Assembly: GCA_964016885.1 (NCBI GenBank)
Contig: OZ024743.1
Span: forward strand, 294,376,001 to 294,440,000
Source of the DNA: Eledone cirrhosa
Lineage: Eukaryota
DNA length: 64,000 nt
Reading direction: 5' to 3'
Positions 1-13,396 of the stretch are shown here, piece after piece (position 1 is the first letter of the stretch; every line of letters starts with the position of its first letter). A program made the translations under genes and the position numbers. The notes under the pieces were generated by a model. That model saw only the letters and a program-made list of their open reading frames with translations. It was not told the DNA's origin and did no database searches.

Positions 1-760
1 AGACATAGACTGTACAACCGACACAGTGAACTACTGACAACATCATGTCCAGTTGGCCAATCCTTGCTAGTCTGAATATATGCACACACAAATGCTCATG
101 TTCAAAACCTCGATGTAAAATCAGACATGATCTAGTTAAAATATATACCACATAGAACAGACCATGACATCTGAGTAGTTGCAAAATTCTGTGGTATGAC
201 TATCCAAGCTAACAAAGAGGCCAAGGCATATCGTCCAGATGTAATAATTATAACTGAAACAAAATACAGATGTGAAATGATCAAAATATTGCACAAAAGA
301 ACCAGAAAATCTGTCAAAATACAAAAATCTAAAAATTGAAAAGTACTGGATAAAGGGGTAAAGGATATAAAGGTAAAATCACTACCAATATTAAAAGGCA
401 CAATAGATATGGTTATATATCATCATCATCATCATCATCACCATTTCACGCTAGCATGGGTTAGAAAAGTTGCCCCGTTATGAGATAAGCCAGGTCAGGT
501 CACCGTGTCTTGCTCATGCAGACCTGGTTTTGGCTTGGTTTCTACGATTGGATGTTCTTCGCAACATCAACTACATTTACAGTGTCGGCTGGGCGCTTTT
601 GTAGTGGTACCTAAACGACAACTTTACAGTGTTGGCAGGATACCTTTTGTCGTGACACCTACACGACCACTTTACAGTGTTGGGTGGGGCGTTTTGGGAG
701 GTAGATCTAGGGGCGTGTGTGAGAGGCAGAGTGTGAGTGCGTGGATGGAGTGTTAAGCTA

Positions 761-838
<78 letters not shown>

Positions 839-1014
839 CAATATCGGAGAAAGCTTTTTAGCGATACTCCGACCAAATTCCAACTCACTCAACAAACATT
901 AGTAAATAAGTAATTATATTCCCAATTATACGTTCGGGGTGCTAACTAAAAGTATTGCGGGGAAAATTGGCTGTATTATTTCATATGAGACATATCTAAT
1001 ATATCTCTCTATAT

Positions 1015-1055
<41 letters not shown>

Positions 1056-1056
1056 G

Positions 1057-1188
<132 letters not shown>

Positions 1189-1207
1189 TATTAAAATAAC
1201 AGATTAA

Positions 1208-1258
1208 AGTTTAAGCAAAGAATCGCTGCTTTCACCCTTAACGGGATCTTCTGAAACT
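1208..1258 (-). ncRNA. Type I hammerhead-like motif, CAGAAGA core variant (copies at 4041-4091 - and 4270-4320 +)
   Basis: agttt-CAGAAGA-tccc gttaa gggt-GAAA-gca..tgc-TT-aaact. Stem I extends as cagattga/ttaatctg after an internal loop. Confidence 0.6.
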
Positions 1259-2194
1259 AACAAAGTCAATCTGTAAACGCAGAACTGGATATTTCACAAT
1301 ACGTTGCAACCGGAGGAAGACAGGAAGACGATACTTTGGTTCGTGGTAACGTTCCCTGGAAAAGAACGGGAAAAAACGAATAATACGTCATTAATAGGAG
1401 CGGTGAAAAACAATTATGCGCAAAGACAAAACCACGTTTATGGTATAAAAGAGGTCGTAGACTAATGTTCTCTTAGGTGGTTCATAGAGACGTTCTCTGG
1501 CAATGAACGAAAACAACGAAGATAATAAGTCATATGTGGAGCGTGGAGAACGATAGCACGCAAAGACAAAACCACGTAAATGGTATAGCAGAAGTCGTAG
1601 ACTAAAATTCTAACTAGGAGACCAAATGAATCTCCGCTACAGAGTTAAGAACAAAGTAAATAAATACAATACAGAAGTAATAGAAACAAATAAATACATA
1701 CACGCAAACAGATACGTACATACACAAGCATACGCAAAACCTTACCATGGGTATACAAAACCACGCACATATAAATATGTGTGTGTGTGTATGCTTGTGT
1801 ACAAATAAATAAATAATTATATAAACGTATATAAGTAAATAAATACGTATATAACAAGCGCACACGCATACCTACATATAAATACACGAATGTTCGGAGA
1901 CGTAACTCAACTAAAACAAGAAGTACACATATACACACACCCACCATACGTACGAACCTGCACACTCACGCGGACGCAAAACTCCCGTATACACATAGCC
2001 AAACCCTAAATACCAGGATATGTAAAAATTATACGCTATAACAGTCAAATATACGTACGAGAAGGTATACATACCTTCACAAAACATACGGGTAATATAT
2101 ACTTACCTATGCAAATAAGTAAAGGAATAAACAAAATATATACTTAGCTCCCACATCAAGACGTAAAATATCCACGTATAGATCGTGCTATCCG

Positions 2195-3884
2195 TTAGGG
2201 TATAACGTGGGGCTGTAATACAGGAAAGTTTTGTGCAATTTGTTTACAAGCCGAAATTGCCTCAGATTTTTTGTTTAAGATGTGGTTTGTGGCGTAGAGT
2301 ATTTCCAGGGCCTCAGCGGCGCAGAGGTCACATGGTCTTTTATTTCCGTTATACGATCTAGCCCTAGCTAGGATCTCCCAGTATAACTTATATTGGGTGT
2401 GGTTGTCTTTTAGACTCCAGATATAAACTGAAAGTGACGTCATATTCCTTCTTAGAGGGTAACGAAAAGAATGGGTATGCATGTAAAGACGCTGTTTGAA
2501 ACTATTGGCGGTTAACCCTATGTAGGCCCTACGGGACGTGGGTGTTACAACTTTACATTTGTAGACAATGTTACTAGAGAGGCATTTCCCGGATAGGGGG
2601 CAATCAGCCCGATTCCTACAATTACAGTTGGTACTAACTACAGGGTTGCACGTGTTCCTACGGCTACGTAGTTTAGCTAAATTTGAAGCTGTGATGTTAT
2701 GTGCAAGGTTAGGAGTCGTAGGGTAAGAAATTTTAATAGTATTTCTATTAAAAATGTTACTATATTTATGTGTAGGGGGAAAATGCTTCGTAATAAGGGA
2801 AAGAAAGATCTTAGCTAATGGTGTGGCCACCTCCATATAATATGGTGGGTTAAACCAACAAATGCGACGGGATCTATTTCTTCTAGGTCTATTTTCGTAC
2901 TCTGTATATGCTACCTTATCGACAAATCCACTTCGAGCAAGAGCTTCATTGTAATAAGTGGAATGGTCGTTGAAAATGCGCTCGTTGGTAGAAAGACGGG
3001 AAAGCCTCAACGAAACGTTTCTTACCAGGTTCTTGGTTATGCTGGCAGGATGGTTGGAATGCTTATTTATGTAATTAAGCGTATCATTCGGCTTTCTATA
3101 CGGGTAATACAACCCATTCAATAAATTGAGGGTAACGTCGAGGTAATTAACGACCGAGAGATTGGCCTCAACCTGTATAGAGATGTTGAAGCCTTTAAAG
3201 AAGGCTGTGAGTTCTTTTCTGAACCTGTCGCAAGCACAAGGTCCGCACTTAGTCATGGTCAAAAGACCATCGTCACGGTACAAACCACCGCCCGCGTTGG
3301 GGAATTCGTCCTTGATAGAGAAAAGAAGGAAAAGACCAATAAGATCAGTAACCTCCGCAGAGTCACTGGCGCCCATACTCACGTCGAATGGGGTACTACT
3401 GGATTTTTTAATCCAAATAGAGTCGTCGAAATTAATCACCGACTTTCGGGCATTAAGGATGACATCAACTTCAAAATCCTTAACGACTGTGAGTGTTTTA
3501 GCGAAATTGATAGCTCTAAGGAGAAGTGGGAAAGTGATGGAGGAGCAGTAATTGTTGATGTCGAATTGGATAAAACGGCAATGTTCCTTGTTACATATGC
3601 CGTTGAACCAATCAATCACCGCGAAAGAATTGTTCCACAGTGCGAGAGGGGCCAAACTTCTAATTTCAGGGATAATTCTATCAAGAATCGTTTTACTAAG
3701 TCTACCTAAATCGGACTTCGTAGGGTTAATAAGCCGAATAGAGGGGTTGTTCGGAAAATTGGATTTGTGATCCTTCAGGGTAAAGTGGGGACATATAGGG
3801 TCCAGAGGTTCGGTCCGGTCCAGGATGTTGAGATCAGATGTGATTTTAAACCCAGCATCGTTGATTTCATTGATGACGCACGGA
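2195..3884 (-). pseudogene. PLE reverse transcriptase + GIY-YIG endonuclease, N-terminally truncated
   Basis: Motifs FDINNYCSSI, SMGASDSAEVTDLIG, LYRDDGL, YLDVTL, CNCRNRADCPL, IVYKC..AYIGLT..FKQRLYMH, CDLCAAE. The frame stays open upstream of 3655 (LKDHKSNF..IRLINPTKSDLGRLSK) to about 3884, then meets a TAT/TA tract. Collinear with the 739-aa ORF. Confidence 0.9.
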
Positions 3885-4340
3885 TTATTATTACTATTAT
3901 TATTACTATATATATATATATATATATATAGTAATAATAATAAATTCGAAGACTAAAATCCCAAGAGGGCTCGATAAGGATAAATATATATCAAATATAT
4001 AAGAACCGTAGAGCAAAAATTTATTAAAATAACAGATTAAAGTTTAAGCAAAGAATCGCTGCTTTCACTCTTAACGGGATCTTCTGAAACTAACAAAGTC
4101 AATCTGTAAACGCAGAAGTGAATATTTCAAAAAACGTTGCAACCGGAGGAAGACAGGAAGACGATTTGCCAGGGAACGTTTCCACGAACCAAAGTATCGT
4201 CTTCCTGTCTTCCTCCGGTTGCAACGTTTTTTTAAATATTCACTTCTGCGTTTACAGATTGACTTTGTTAGTTTCAGAAGATCCGGTTAAGAGTGAAAGC
4301 AGTGATTCTTTGCTTAAACTTTAATCTGTTATTTTAATAA

Positions 4341-4418
<78 letters not shown>

Positions 4419-5019
4419 ATAAGCAAAATGAATAAATGGAGGGGTTGCAGATCGTTTAGAATAACATTTTACTTCTTACATAATGTTTCACCTACACCAC
4501 AGCCAGTAACTTTGTTTACGTACATGTAAGTCGTTACAGCAGGGGTATAGGATCTTTAGAGAAGATATAGTTGTTAACACAGATGCCAATCGAAGTTCAT
4601 CGAACCAACCAAAATGGGTGAAAGTACATTCAAGGCAGAGGTTAATAAAGATAGGGGTTCAATTACAGTGGATGCAGTATATCGAAATATATGTATGTTT
4701 ACCTACTTAAGAGGCAATGGCGGCTGTAAAGAGGCATAATAACTAAGGGAGCTAACTATTCAGTGATCATGTTGAGAAGTCCCTATGGAAGTTAATTACA
4801 TAGGCTAGTTAGAAATATGATTTTGGTAGTATGGATTTAATGTGGTAAGCAGTGGGCGGTAACTAGTCTCCAGTAATGTTGTTAGTTATAAGCAGCATTA
4901 ATTTAGATATTCTGGCTAATCTATTAGACGTAGCTAGTAAAGGTTGTATAGTATGCAGTATACTGTATCACACATTTCGATCTCTCTCTCTCTCTCCTCG
5001 CTTACGATAATGTATCCTC

Positions 5020-5200
5020 TCGGCAGTATCGGTAGAGGGTCGGACGCCATGCTTTCCAGCAAAGAGTTACGGCCCTTTATGGTTTGAGTTCAACTCCCAT
5101 CGAAGTTAAGTCTGCCTTTCATCCTTACGGGATCGATACAATAAAGTACGAGTGATACACATGGATAATTGCTGGTCTTGTGCCAAAAGTAGAAACAATT
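5020..5200 (+). mobile_element. tRNA-derived SINE
   Basis: A-box-like ggcagtatcgg, B-box-like gagttcaactcc, and central gcctttcatccttacgggatcgata, shared with more than 10 copies in the window. Confidence 0.8.
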
Positions 5201-5267
5201 ATATATATATATATATTTGTTTGACCCGATATATATAGATATATATACATATATACATTTATTTTTT

Positions 5268-5304
<37 letters not shown>

Positions 5305-5313
<9 letters not shown>

Positions 5314-6235
5314 TGTAGTAAGAAACACAGTAAACCGTGTGTCTAATATTACGAGGATTGAAAAACCACATTTGTTTGAAATATTTAACCATGAAGCAGA
5401 CAGAATGATAAAATAAAATAAAATTATATTATACAAACCGCCTCAATAACAATTACATCTCTCGAACAGATTAGGGATAATCTGTTTCGCCCTGAGTGTG
5501 TTTATAACAGATAATCCTGGGCATCATCAGCGAGAGTATCTGATTAAATGCGACAAACACCTAGTACCAACGTTTACACAGAAAGCTGAATTTATCACCT
5601 CGTGCGCCGTAAGTCAAAAAGATATGAGTGTATTGGTTAGAAACAACAGTCATTCTGTCTGCTTCATGGTTAAATATTTCAAACAAATGTGGTTTTTCAA
5701 CCCTCGTAATATTAGACACACGATTTACTGTGTTTCTTACTACATATATATTATTATTATAATGCTCAGTATTTATACTTGAAGCTTATTGATTACAGGG
5801 TTTCAGTAGGAGTTATTAACTCTAACTTTCATTTATATTTCGGCTCCCTCATAAGGTGAGCTTATTAAGTTGCGTGTGTTGGACTGTTGTTTCTAACCAA
5901 TACATTCATACCACTTTTGACTTACACCGCACGAGGTGATAAATTCATCTTTCTGTGTGAACGTTGGTACTAGGTGTTTGTCGCATTTAATAAGATTCTC
6001 TCGCTGATGATGCCCAGGATTATCTGTTACAAACACACTGAGGGCGAAATAGATTATCCCTAATCTGTCCGAGAGATGTAATTCTTATTGAGGCGGTTTG
6101 TATAATATAATTTTATTTTATTTTATCATTCTGTCTGCTTCATGGTTAAATATTTCAAACAAATGTGGTTTTTCAACCCTCGTAATATTAGACACACGAT
6201 TTACTGTGTTTCTTACTACATATATATTATTATTA
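5305..6235. mobile_element. Non-autonomous PLE-pLTR/retrozyme-like unit with inverted duplication
   Basis: About 5305-5650 is the reverse complement of about 5883-6230. 5650-5845 is repeated at 6126-6235 and 6440-6525. Each arm carries an HHR. Confidence 0.7.
5997..6076 (+). ncRNA. Type I hammerhead ribozyme (inverted copy at 5458-5536)
   Basis: tctctcg-CTGATGA-tgccc..gggc-GAAA-tagatta tccc taatctg-TC-cgagaga. All three stems pair and the site is GUC. Confidence 0.9.
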
Positions 6236-6239
6236 TAAT

Positions 6240-6437
6240 TGTTTCTATTTTTGGCACAAGTGTATTACTGGTACTTTATTTTATCCAGTGTATTACTGGT
6301 ACTTTATTTTATCGACCCCGTAAGGATGAAAGGCAAAGTTAACCTCAGCGGGATTTGAACTCAGACCGTAAAGGGACGTAACTATGCTGGAAAGCATGGC
6401 GTCCGACCCCCTACCGATACTGCCAATCCACCGCCAT
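6240..6437 (-). mobile_element. tRNA-derived SINE
   Basis: Reverse-complement copy of the 51652-51835 SINE. Confidence 0.85.
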
Positions 6438-6537
6438 CTTATTATTATAATGCTCAGTATTTATACTTGGAGCTTATGGATTACATGGTTTCAGTAGGAG
6501 TTATTAACTCTAACTTTCATTTATATATATATATATA

Positions 6538-7506
6538 TTACAATTTAGAAATTAAAAATTAAAAAATATATGATCAACACTAATGTGTTTTTTTTTGCAA
6601 AATGACAATAATTTTTTAGCCAGATAGAAATACCTTAATTCAAGTACATATAGTCCGTCCGTATCGATCTAGAGAATTTTAAATATTAAATCTATACTTC
6701 AGACGTAAAATGGCAACTGCCTGGTGCCTAGACAAGTTTAAGTTTCAAAATTCAAACCTTTTCAGCAGATCGGGCAGAACTTCAAAACATAAACCTGTTT
6801 CACAAGGAATGTTATACTAATGAAATAATTAATTAATTACGGAACAACTATTTATAAAATAATTATTAGTGGAGTAATCAATTTTCTGTGATCTACGGTA
6901 GGCACCCAGAAATTAAAATCACTTCTCCTAAGATAGTATCTTAAGACTGATCTGTTGCAAGCCTAATACATGTGCTTTTGCACACGACCTTCTCAGCATT
7001 CTGGCGCATATCCATGGCGCTAGAAATAACAGCCGTGAATATGTGATTATGAATTCAGCTCGACCGTAGGAGCAGATAATTTCAGTTTAGTAGTCATTTA
7101 CAAATATTAAGCTCTAAGAAAAATACTTCTGAGCATTACATTACAATTTAGAAATTAAAAATTAAAAAAATATATGATCAACACTACTGTGTTTTGTTTT
7201 TGCAAAATGACAATCATTTTTTAGCCAGATAGAAATACCTTAATTCAAGTACATATAGTCCGTCTCTATCGATCTAGAGAATTTTAAATATTAAATCTAT
7301 ACTTACAGACGTAAAATGGCAACTGCCTGGTGCCTAGACAAGTTTAAGTTTCAAAATTCAAACCTTTTCAGCAGATCGGGCAGAACTTCAAAACATAAAC
7401 CTGTTTCACAAGGGATGTGATACTAATGAAATAATTAATTAATTACGGAACAACTATTTATAAAATAATTATTAGTGGAGTAATCAATTTTCTGTGATCT
7501 ACGGTA
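6538..7506. repeat. ~365-bp direct repeats (6538-6900, 7141-7506) with a ~240-bp spacer
   Basis: Near-identical blocks about 603 bp apart with TA at both ends; pLTR-like arrangement. Confidence 0.8.
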
Positions 7507-7629
7507 TATATATGAGAGTATATATATGAGAGTATTGAAGTTTGCTTGAAGCATTGTGGAACAATAAGTAAATATATTTATGTCGTTTAGAAGCCTCGAC
7601 AATGCAAATGAGTAAATCTCCGGGTAACA

Positions 7630-9622
7630 AGGTCCGGTGCGTGTGTTTCTTATCGGCAACATGTCCCTCCGAAAGCATAACAATATATATATTGTTATGC
7701 TTTCGGAGGGTCATGTTGCCGATAAGAAACACACGAACCTGTTGTTTTCACTCCAATTTATTATAAATTAAATTTATAAATTTAAGAATTTATAAATTTC
7801 TGGTTGGTTGGTTGGTTCTTTCCACAACCAGACGATTGTTCATATATTGTCAAAGTTCTTTCATCACACATTCTGTGAGCTCTTCAGTGACTGGGGATTA
7901 TTTTCTTTGTTTTTGTGCCTCTCCTTTATTTTGTCCTACGCAATCTTGTTTTTGTGTGTGTTGTGTGCTTAGTTTGCGCATGTGTTACATATGGGTGTCT
8001 GTGTGTGTTTATATTTGTTTATTTATTTGTTTATTTACATGATACTGGTTGGTTGTTTGTTCTATGGGTGTGTGTGTTTACATTTTGTCCTTAATTGTAA
8101 GTTGTGATGTTGCTATTCCATTCATGTTTTCTATTTAATTTTGGTTGGAGTTCATTTATGTTTATTGCCTCTGTGATTTGTCTAAACATTGCGTCTTTTC
8201 TGTGTGTAGATTCTATTTATATTTCTATGTTCTCTAATTTATCCTTATGTTCTATTTTAGCATGTTGCTGGAGTACAGATGATTCTTTACTATCTTGTTC
8301 ATTTATCCGTTCGCCTATACTAGGGCTGTCTCACCTATGTACATTATATTCTTATCTCTACATTGTCCTTCAGTACATCTTATGCTATATACTACATTTC
8401 TAGTTTTACAGTTAATATGGGGCTTAGTTTACAGATTATACATTTCTTATCTATACAGGGAGGTCTTTGAAAAGGGTATGTATTGCTAATAAGTGTTTTC
8501 GTGATACAAATGTGTATCATACTGATATAAATGGGACCTGCCCCTTGTATATGAGCCTATTTTGGAATATAATAGAAAGAACTAGGAATAAGGTTAATAG
8601 AATACACTCATGATATGATAGCAATATATACCAGAGTGTAATGTTCATCAATACAATCCCTAGAAGTGAATTAGCTTACAAATTTAGAAGGTCCCTACAT
8701 AAACATAAACTCAATATTAAGATAGTAGAAAGACCAAGTACCTCCATAAAAACACTTATTAGCAATACATACCCTTTTCAAAGACCTCCCTGTGTAGATA
8801 AGTAATGTATAATCTGTAAACTAAGCCACCATATTAACTGTAAAACTAAAATGTAGTGTATAGCATAAGATGTACTGAAGGACAATGTATAGATAAGAAT
8901 ATAACGTACATAGGTGAGACAGCTCGTAGTATAGGAGAACGGATAAATGAACACTGGCGAGAGCTTCAAGATAGTAAAGAACCATCTGTACTCTACCAAC
9001 ATGCTACAATAGAACATAAGGGTAAATTAGAGAACATAGAAATAAAAATCGAATCTACACACAGAAAAGACGCAATGTTTAGACAAATCACATAGGCAAT
9101 AAACATAAATGAACTCCAACCAAAATTAAATAGAAAACATGAATGGAATAGCAACATCACAACTTACAATTAAGTACAAAATGAAAACACACACACCCAT
9201 AGAACAAACAACCAACCAGTAAGATGTAAATAAACAAATAAATAAACAAATATAAGCACACACAGACACCCGGATGTAACACATGCGCAAACTAAGCCAA
9301 CAACACACACAAAAACAAGATGGCGTAGGAGAGAACAAAGGAGAGGCTCAAAGACAAAGATAATAATCCCAAGTCACTGAAGAGGTCACATAATGTGTGA
9401 CGAAAGAACTTTGACAATATATGAACAATCGTCTGGTTGTGGAACGAACCAACCAACCAGAAATTTATAAATTCTTAAATTTATGAATTTAATTTATAAT
9501 AAATTGGAGTGAAACAACTGGTGCGTGCGTTTCTTATTGGCAATATGACCCTCCCAAAGCATAACAATATCGGTTTCAACACACATTTTCAGATAAAGAA
9601 TCTTGCTAAACGAATTCAGAAA

Positions 9623-9625
<3 letters not shown>
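7630..9625 (+). mobile_element. PLE 3' fragment (GIY-YIG + pLTR) with an ~800-bp inverted duplication
   Basis: ORF 8856-9095 contains VYSIRC..TYIGETARSIGERINEH (GIY-YIG). About 7690-8499 is the reverse complement of about 8749-9572. Further pLTR pieces of this family are at 20680-20865, 53655-53920 and 61000-61160. Confidence 0.85.
9373..9415 (+). ncRNA. Minimal type I hammerhead (inverted copy 7849-7891; core-dead copy ~53725-53767)
   Basis: gtca-CTGAAGA-g gtcaca taatg tgtgac-GAAA-gaac-TT-tgac. Confidence 0.75.
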
Positions 9626-9689
<64 letters not shown>

Positions 9690-9774
9690 AGAAAGTATGA
9701 CCCACTCTACTACCCTAAGTATTGAGTACTCTGGTGCGTTATGGTCCATCTGGTTCCTTACTACAACTCCTCCG

Positions 9775-9830
<56 letters not shown>

Positions 9831-10274
9831 TTAATTATTTGTGTGTGCTTGGGGTGTGAGTTTACGAATACAGGTCATAATGAGTCTCACAACGTTACAT
9901 AGTCAAAATATTAGCTACATAAAGTACAGATGACATTATACATAAGACACTCTGTATAACACACACTCTCTGTTCACAACACATATTGTATAAAAAATCC
10001 ATCTAAACTCATATAACACATTCTCTACAGGATTATCACCTCAAGAAATAATATTATACACATCCCAACATAAACTAAATAACCGACACTTTAACACCAT
10101 CAACAGACATAATTCATAATTTACAGTGTCAACTTATTAATGCTACACAAGTCACAATTTACAAATCAGATTTATATATCATGAAGCCGACAGTGAAACA
10201 TATGGCAAGAATTACACAGCACATGAAGAACACATTCAACATCCAGCAAAATAACATTACGCATATTCTACAGC

Positions 10275-10430
10275 TCTGGCTGAGTGGTTAAGAATTTCGT
10301 TTCGCAAATGCGAATTTCTGGTTTCGGTTCACTACGAGACACCTTGACCAAATGTTCTTAACAATAACATCGGTTCGAGGGATATAGGGTAGACAGAAAT
10401 TGTGGAAGCCCGTTGGATGGGTTTCACCTG
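10275..10430 (+). mobile_element. Second, degenerate tRNA-like SINE family (related piece ~15540-15670)
   Basis: A-box-like head tggctgagtggttaag. The tail gacagaaattgtggaagcccg resembles cacggaaactgcagaagcc at about 15652. Confidence 0.45.
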
Positions 10431-11799
10431 CAATTCAAAGGCATTCCTCTTCTCTTATTTTTCACATTGACTTTGGCTTGGAAATTATGTTAAGTGTACA
10501 TGTGTCTGTGGAATAATCAACTACGTACACGTTAATACATGAGCTGCAAAAGTTTTAAATAAGAATGTAAGGAATCGTAACAAATACTGCAATTCATTTT
10601 CTCAGAATCTAAAACAATTTTGCCAATCCGCAATCTTTTAAACAACAATAAAATAATTATCAATACCAGCTAAAACATTAATATAATTGTATCATCTAGA
10701 GAGTGTAAAGTATTATGATGATACCATCTAAGTCTTAATCATTCGCTTCCTACTTTCTTCCTAACAATATCGTCGTCTTTGTCTTCATTGTCATCGTCAT
10801 TGTTGTTATCACCATCCTTTCATCATCAACGATAGTGCCTGTGATATACCAGCAACAGTAGCTTCAGCAACGGAATCAACAACTTTGTAATTATCACCAG
10901 AACATAACAACAACAACAACAACAATAACAAAAACAACAACAACAATAACAACAAAAACAAAAACAAAGCAACAACAACGAAAAGAAATCAAAACGATAA
11001 TTGAGTAAAACTCTTGTTCAGCAAAAACAACAACAACAAAAGATATCAGTAAAAACAAAATAGAATATAGGAGATTGAGGAAAGTTCGTTAACAGTTCAA
11101 GATTGTGTATTAAAAATGTCAAGTACTTTGTTTATAGACATTGTCTTTCAGAAATATCCAACATGCATCTGATTGTTCTTTAGTTGACTAGAGTGACAGA
11201 GAATAGAAAATACAGGACAGCTGCAGTAGAGAGGATCGATTTGTTTAAGGTTTATCAACCAGAAGACACATCCACCAGCTCCCCTCCCCCAACCATACAT
11301 TTTACCATCAATTCATATGTGCATTCATCCATCAATCTATCCATCCATCCTAGATCAGTAATCCCATCAGTACCCCCACCCTGCTCTGCTCAACTAAACA
11401 CTACACTACACTCAAAACATCAAGCCCAATGAAAAAATAGGTATAGACACAAAAAAAGAGAAAAATGCTAAAAATACACTACAAAAACAAACAAAAATGA
11501 TTTGAATGAACGAGAGAAGCTACAATTGTTACAAAGAAATTGTAACCAGACACCCAAAGTCTTAGAAAAAGGAATCATGCATTGGATAAGGTAGCCCTAG
11601 ATACAGAATGTCTGATTAAATGACAGAGTATGGTTATAGAGGGAATGCCTTTGGCTGTAGGTCTGCTAAATCAATGCCATTTGGGGGACTAACATTTATA
11701 ACAGCATTAATATCAATAACTATAAACCACTCAATTCTGTATTCTATGCAAAATATATATTAAAAAAATGTCTTTGCGTCATAATTGTCGTGCAGCTAA

Positions 11800-12023
11800 C
11801 GGAGTTAGCAATGAGAATTCTCAGTTGTTAGGAATGGTATTCCATTGGAGTTAGCAACGAAACTCCTTGGATTAACAACGAAACTCCACTGAAATTAGCA
11901 ACGATACTTCACCGGGGTTAGCAACGAAACTCAACTAGGATTAGTAGCGAGACTCCACTGAGTTTAGCAAGGACACTCCACAGGGCTTAGCAACGACACT
12001 CCAATGTGTTTAGCAATGAAACC
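11800..12023. repeat. ~23-bp minisatellite, ~10 degenerate units
   Basis: Recurring ttagcaacgaaactccactgga-like unit. Confidence 0.8.
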
Positions 12024-12577
12024 GTTAACACTACACTCGCTGTAAAATATGAACCATTGCTTCTGCTGTAACAAAACATCGGTCGTCAATGGTAAACGAG
12101 TATGACATCGTATCCTTTTGTCCCCAATGCAAGCAACAGAGTGGACTCAAAGATTACGTGCTGGTGTTAAATCAAATGACGTGTTAAATAATCGGAGATC
12201 ATACAAAAATGTCTTCTGAGATGTGTGGCATTCAGAGTTCAACAATCAAAGAAAACATACCATTCAATATCTAAACAGAGAAGCTGTGGATATCTGTGCA
12301 TGTTTGAGACATTTTGTAGCCACACCATTCTAGCATTTCTAATGAACAAGTGATTATACGTTCTCTGCACACACAGACACACACCCGCTCACAAATAAAC
12401 ACACATACACACACACACACGCACACACCGCGGACACACAGAGGCATATATGAAAAGTTGGTCCTCCAGAGCAACGAAACATAAGTTTCTGGTATGGCTT
12501 CGTTGTAGCACTGGCCTTAATATATCAAAACTGGCCCTAAGAACTTGAGTTGTCCTACACCATCGATATTTGTACCA

Positions 12578-12698
<121 letters not shown>

Positions 12699-12774
12699 GG
12701 AGAATAGTAGTTGCTAGTTAAGTTAGTCTTAAAACTGGAATGAGAATAAGAAGAAAGTAAGAACGTGTGGTGGG

Positions 12775-12859
12775 AGTTTTCGTCATCAGTTGTCTACGGG
12801 GGGCTCGGATATTTCAACGCTTTAAAGACAATATATCTACCCCAGCGCGTTCAATAACT
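12775..12859 (-). ncRNA. Rearranged (non-circularly permuted) hammerhead-like motif, divergent family member
   Basis: agttattg-aacgc-gctggggta-gata-TA-ttgtct-ttaaa-gcgtt-GAAA-tatc-cgagccccccgt-agacaa-CTGATGA-cgaaaact. Confidence 0.65.
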
Positions 12860-13263
12860 GGGTAAGTTAGTGTGGAAACGGAGGAGGGAGGGGAATGAAA
12901 TAGAAGGAGAAGGGAAAAAGAGAAGAAAAGAGAAAACAGCGAAAAAAAACAACAAACCGAGGAATGTGAGAGCAACTTAGAGTAAGAAAATCCAAGACCA
13001 CAGCGGTAACAGAACCTTAGTTCGAGAGCGTGTGGGCGAACGAAAAGACACGACTGATGCCAGCGAGTGTATTTATATAGAAAGGAACTCAACAGGACTA
13101 GAACTGTCCCTGATGACTAGGAATGTCTCTGTTGATTTCATACAAATGTGGCAATTTTAGTCCTGTAGAATTCATTTCTGTATAAAATATAAAATGCCTA
13201 TACTTTGTATTGAGTACCTTTCTTAACACAGTTTAACCACTGATACGGTAATCTACACACACG

Positions 13264-13396
<133 letters not shown>

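Noticed and set aside
3162-3770. Plus-strand ORFs here and antisense ORFs over the Helitron and the 739-aa PLE
   Set aside because: Shadow frames opposite real transposon coding sequence.
6722-6780. Possible HHR in the 603-bp-period repeat (CTGCTGA..GAAA..GTC, minus strand)
   Set aside because: A6 is altered and stems I and III are too weak to support a call.
11800-12023. CRISPR-like appearance of the 23-bp repeats with a weak palindrome
   Set aside because: Units are contiguous and degenerate with no unique spacers, there are no cas genes, and the context is eukaryotic.
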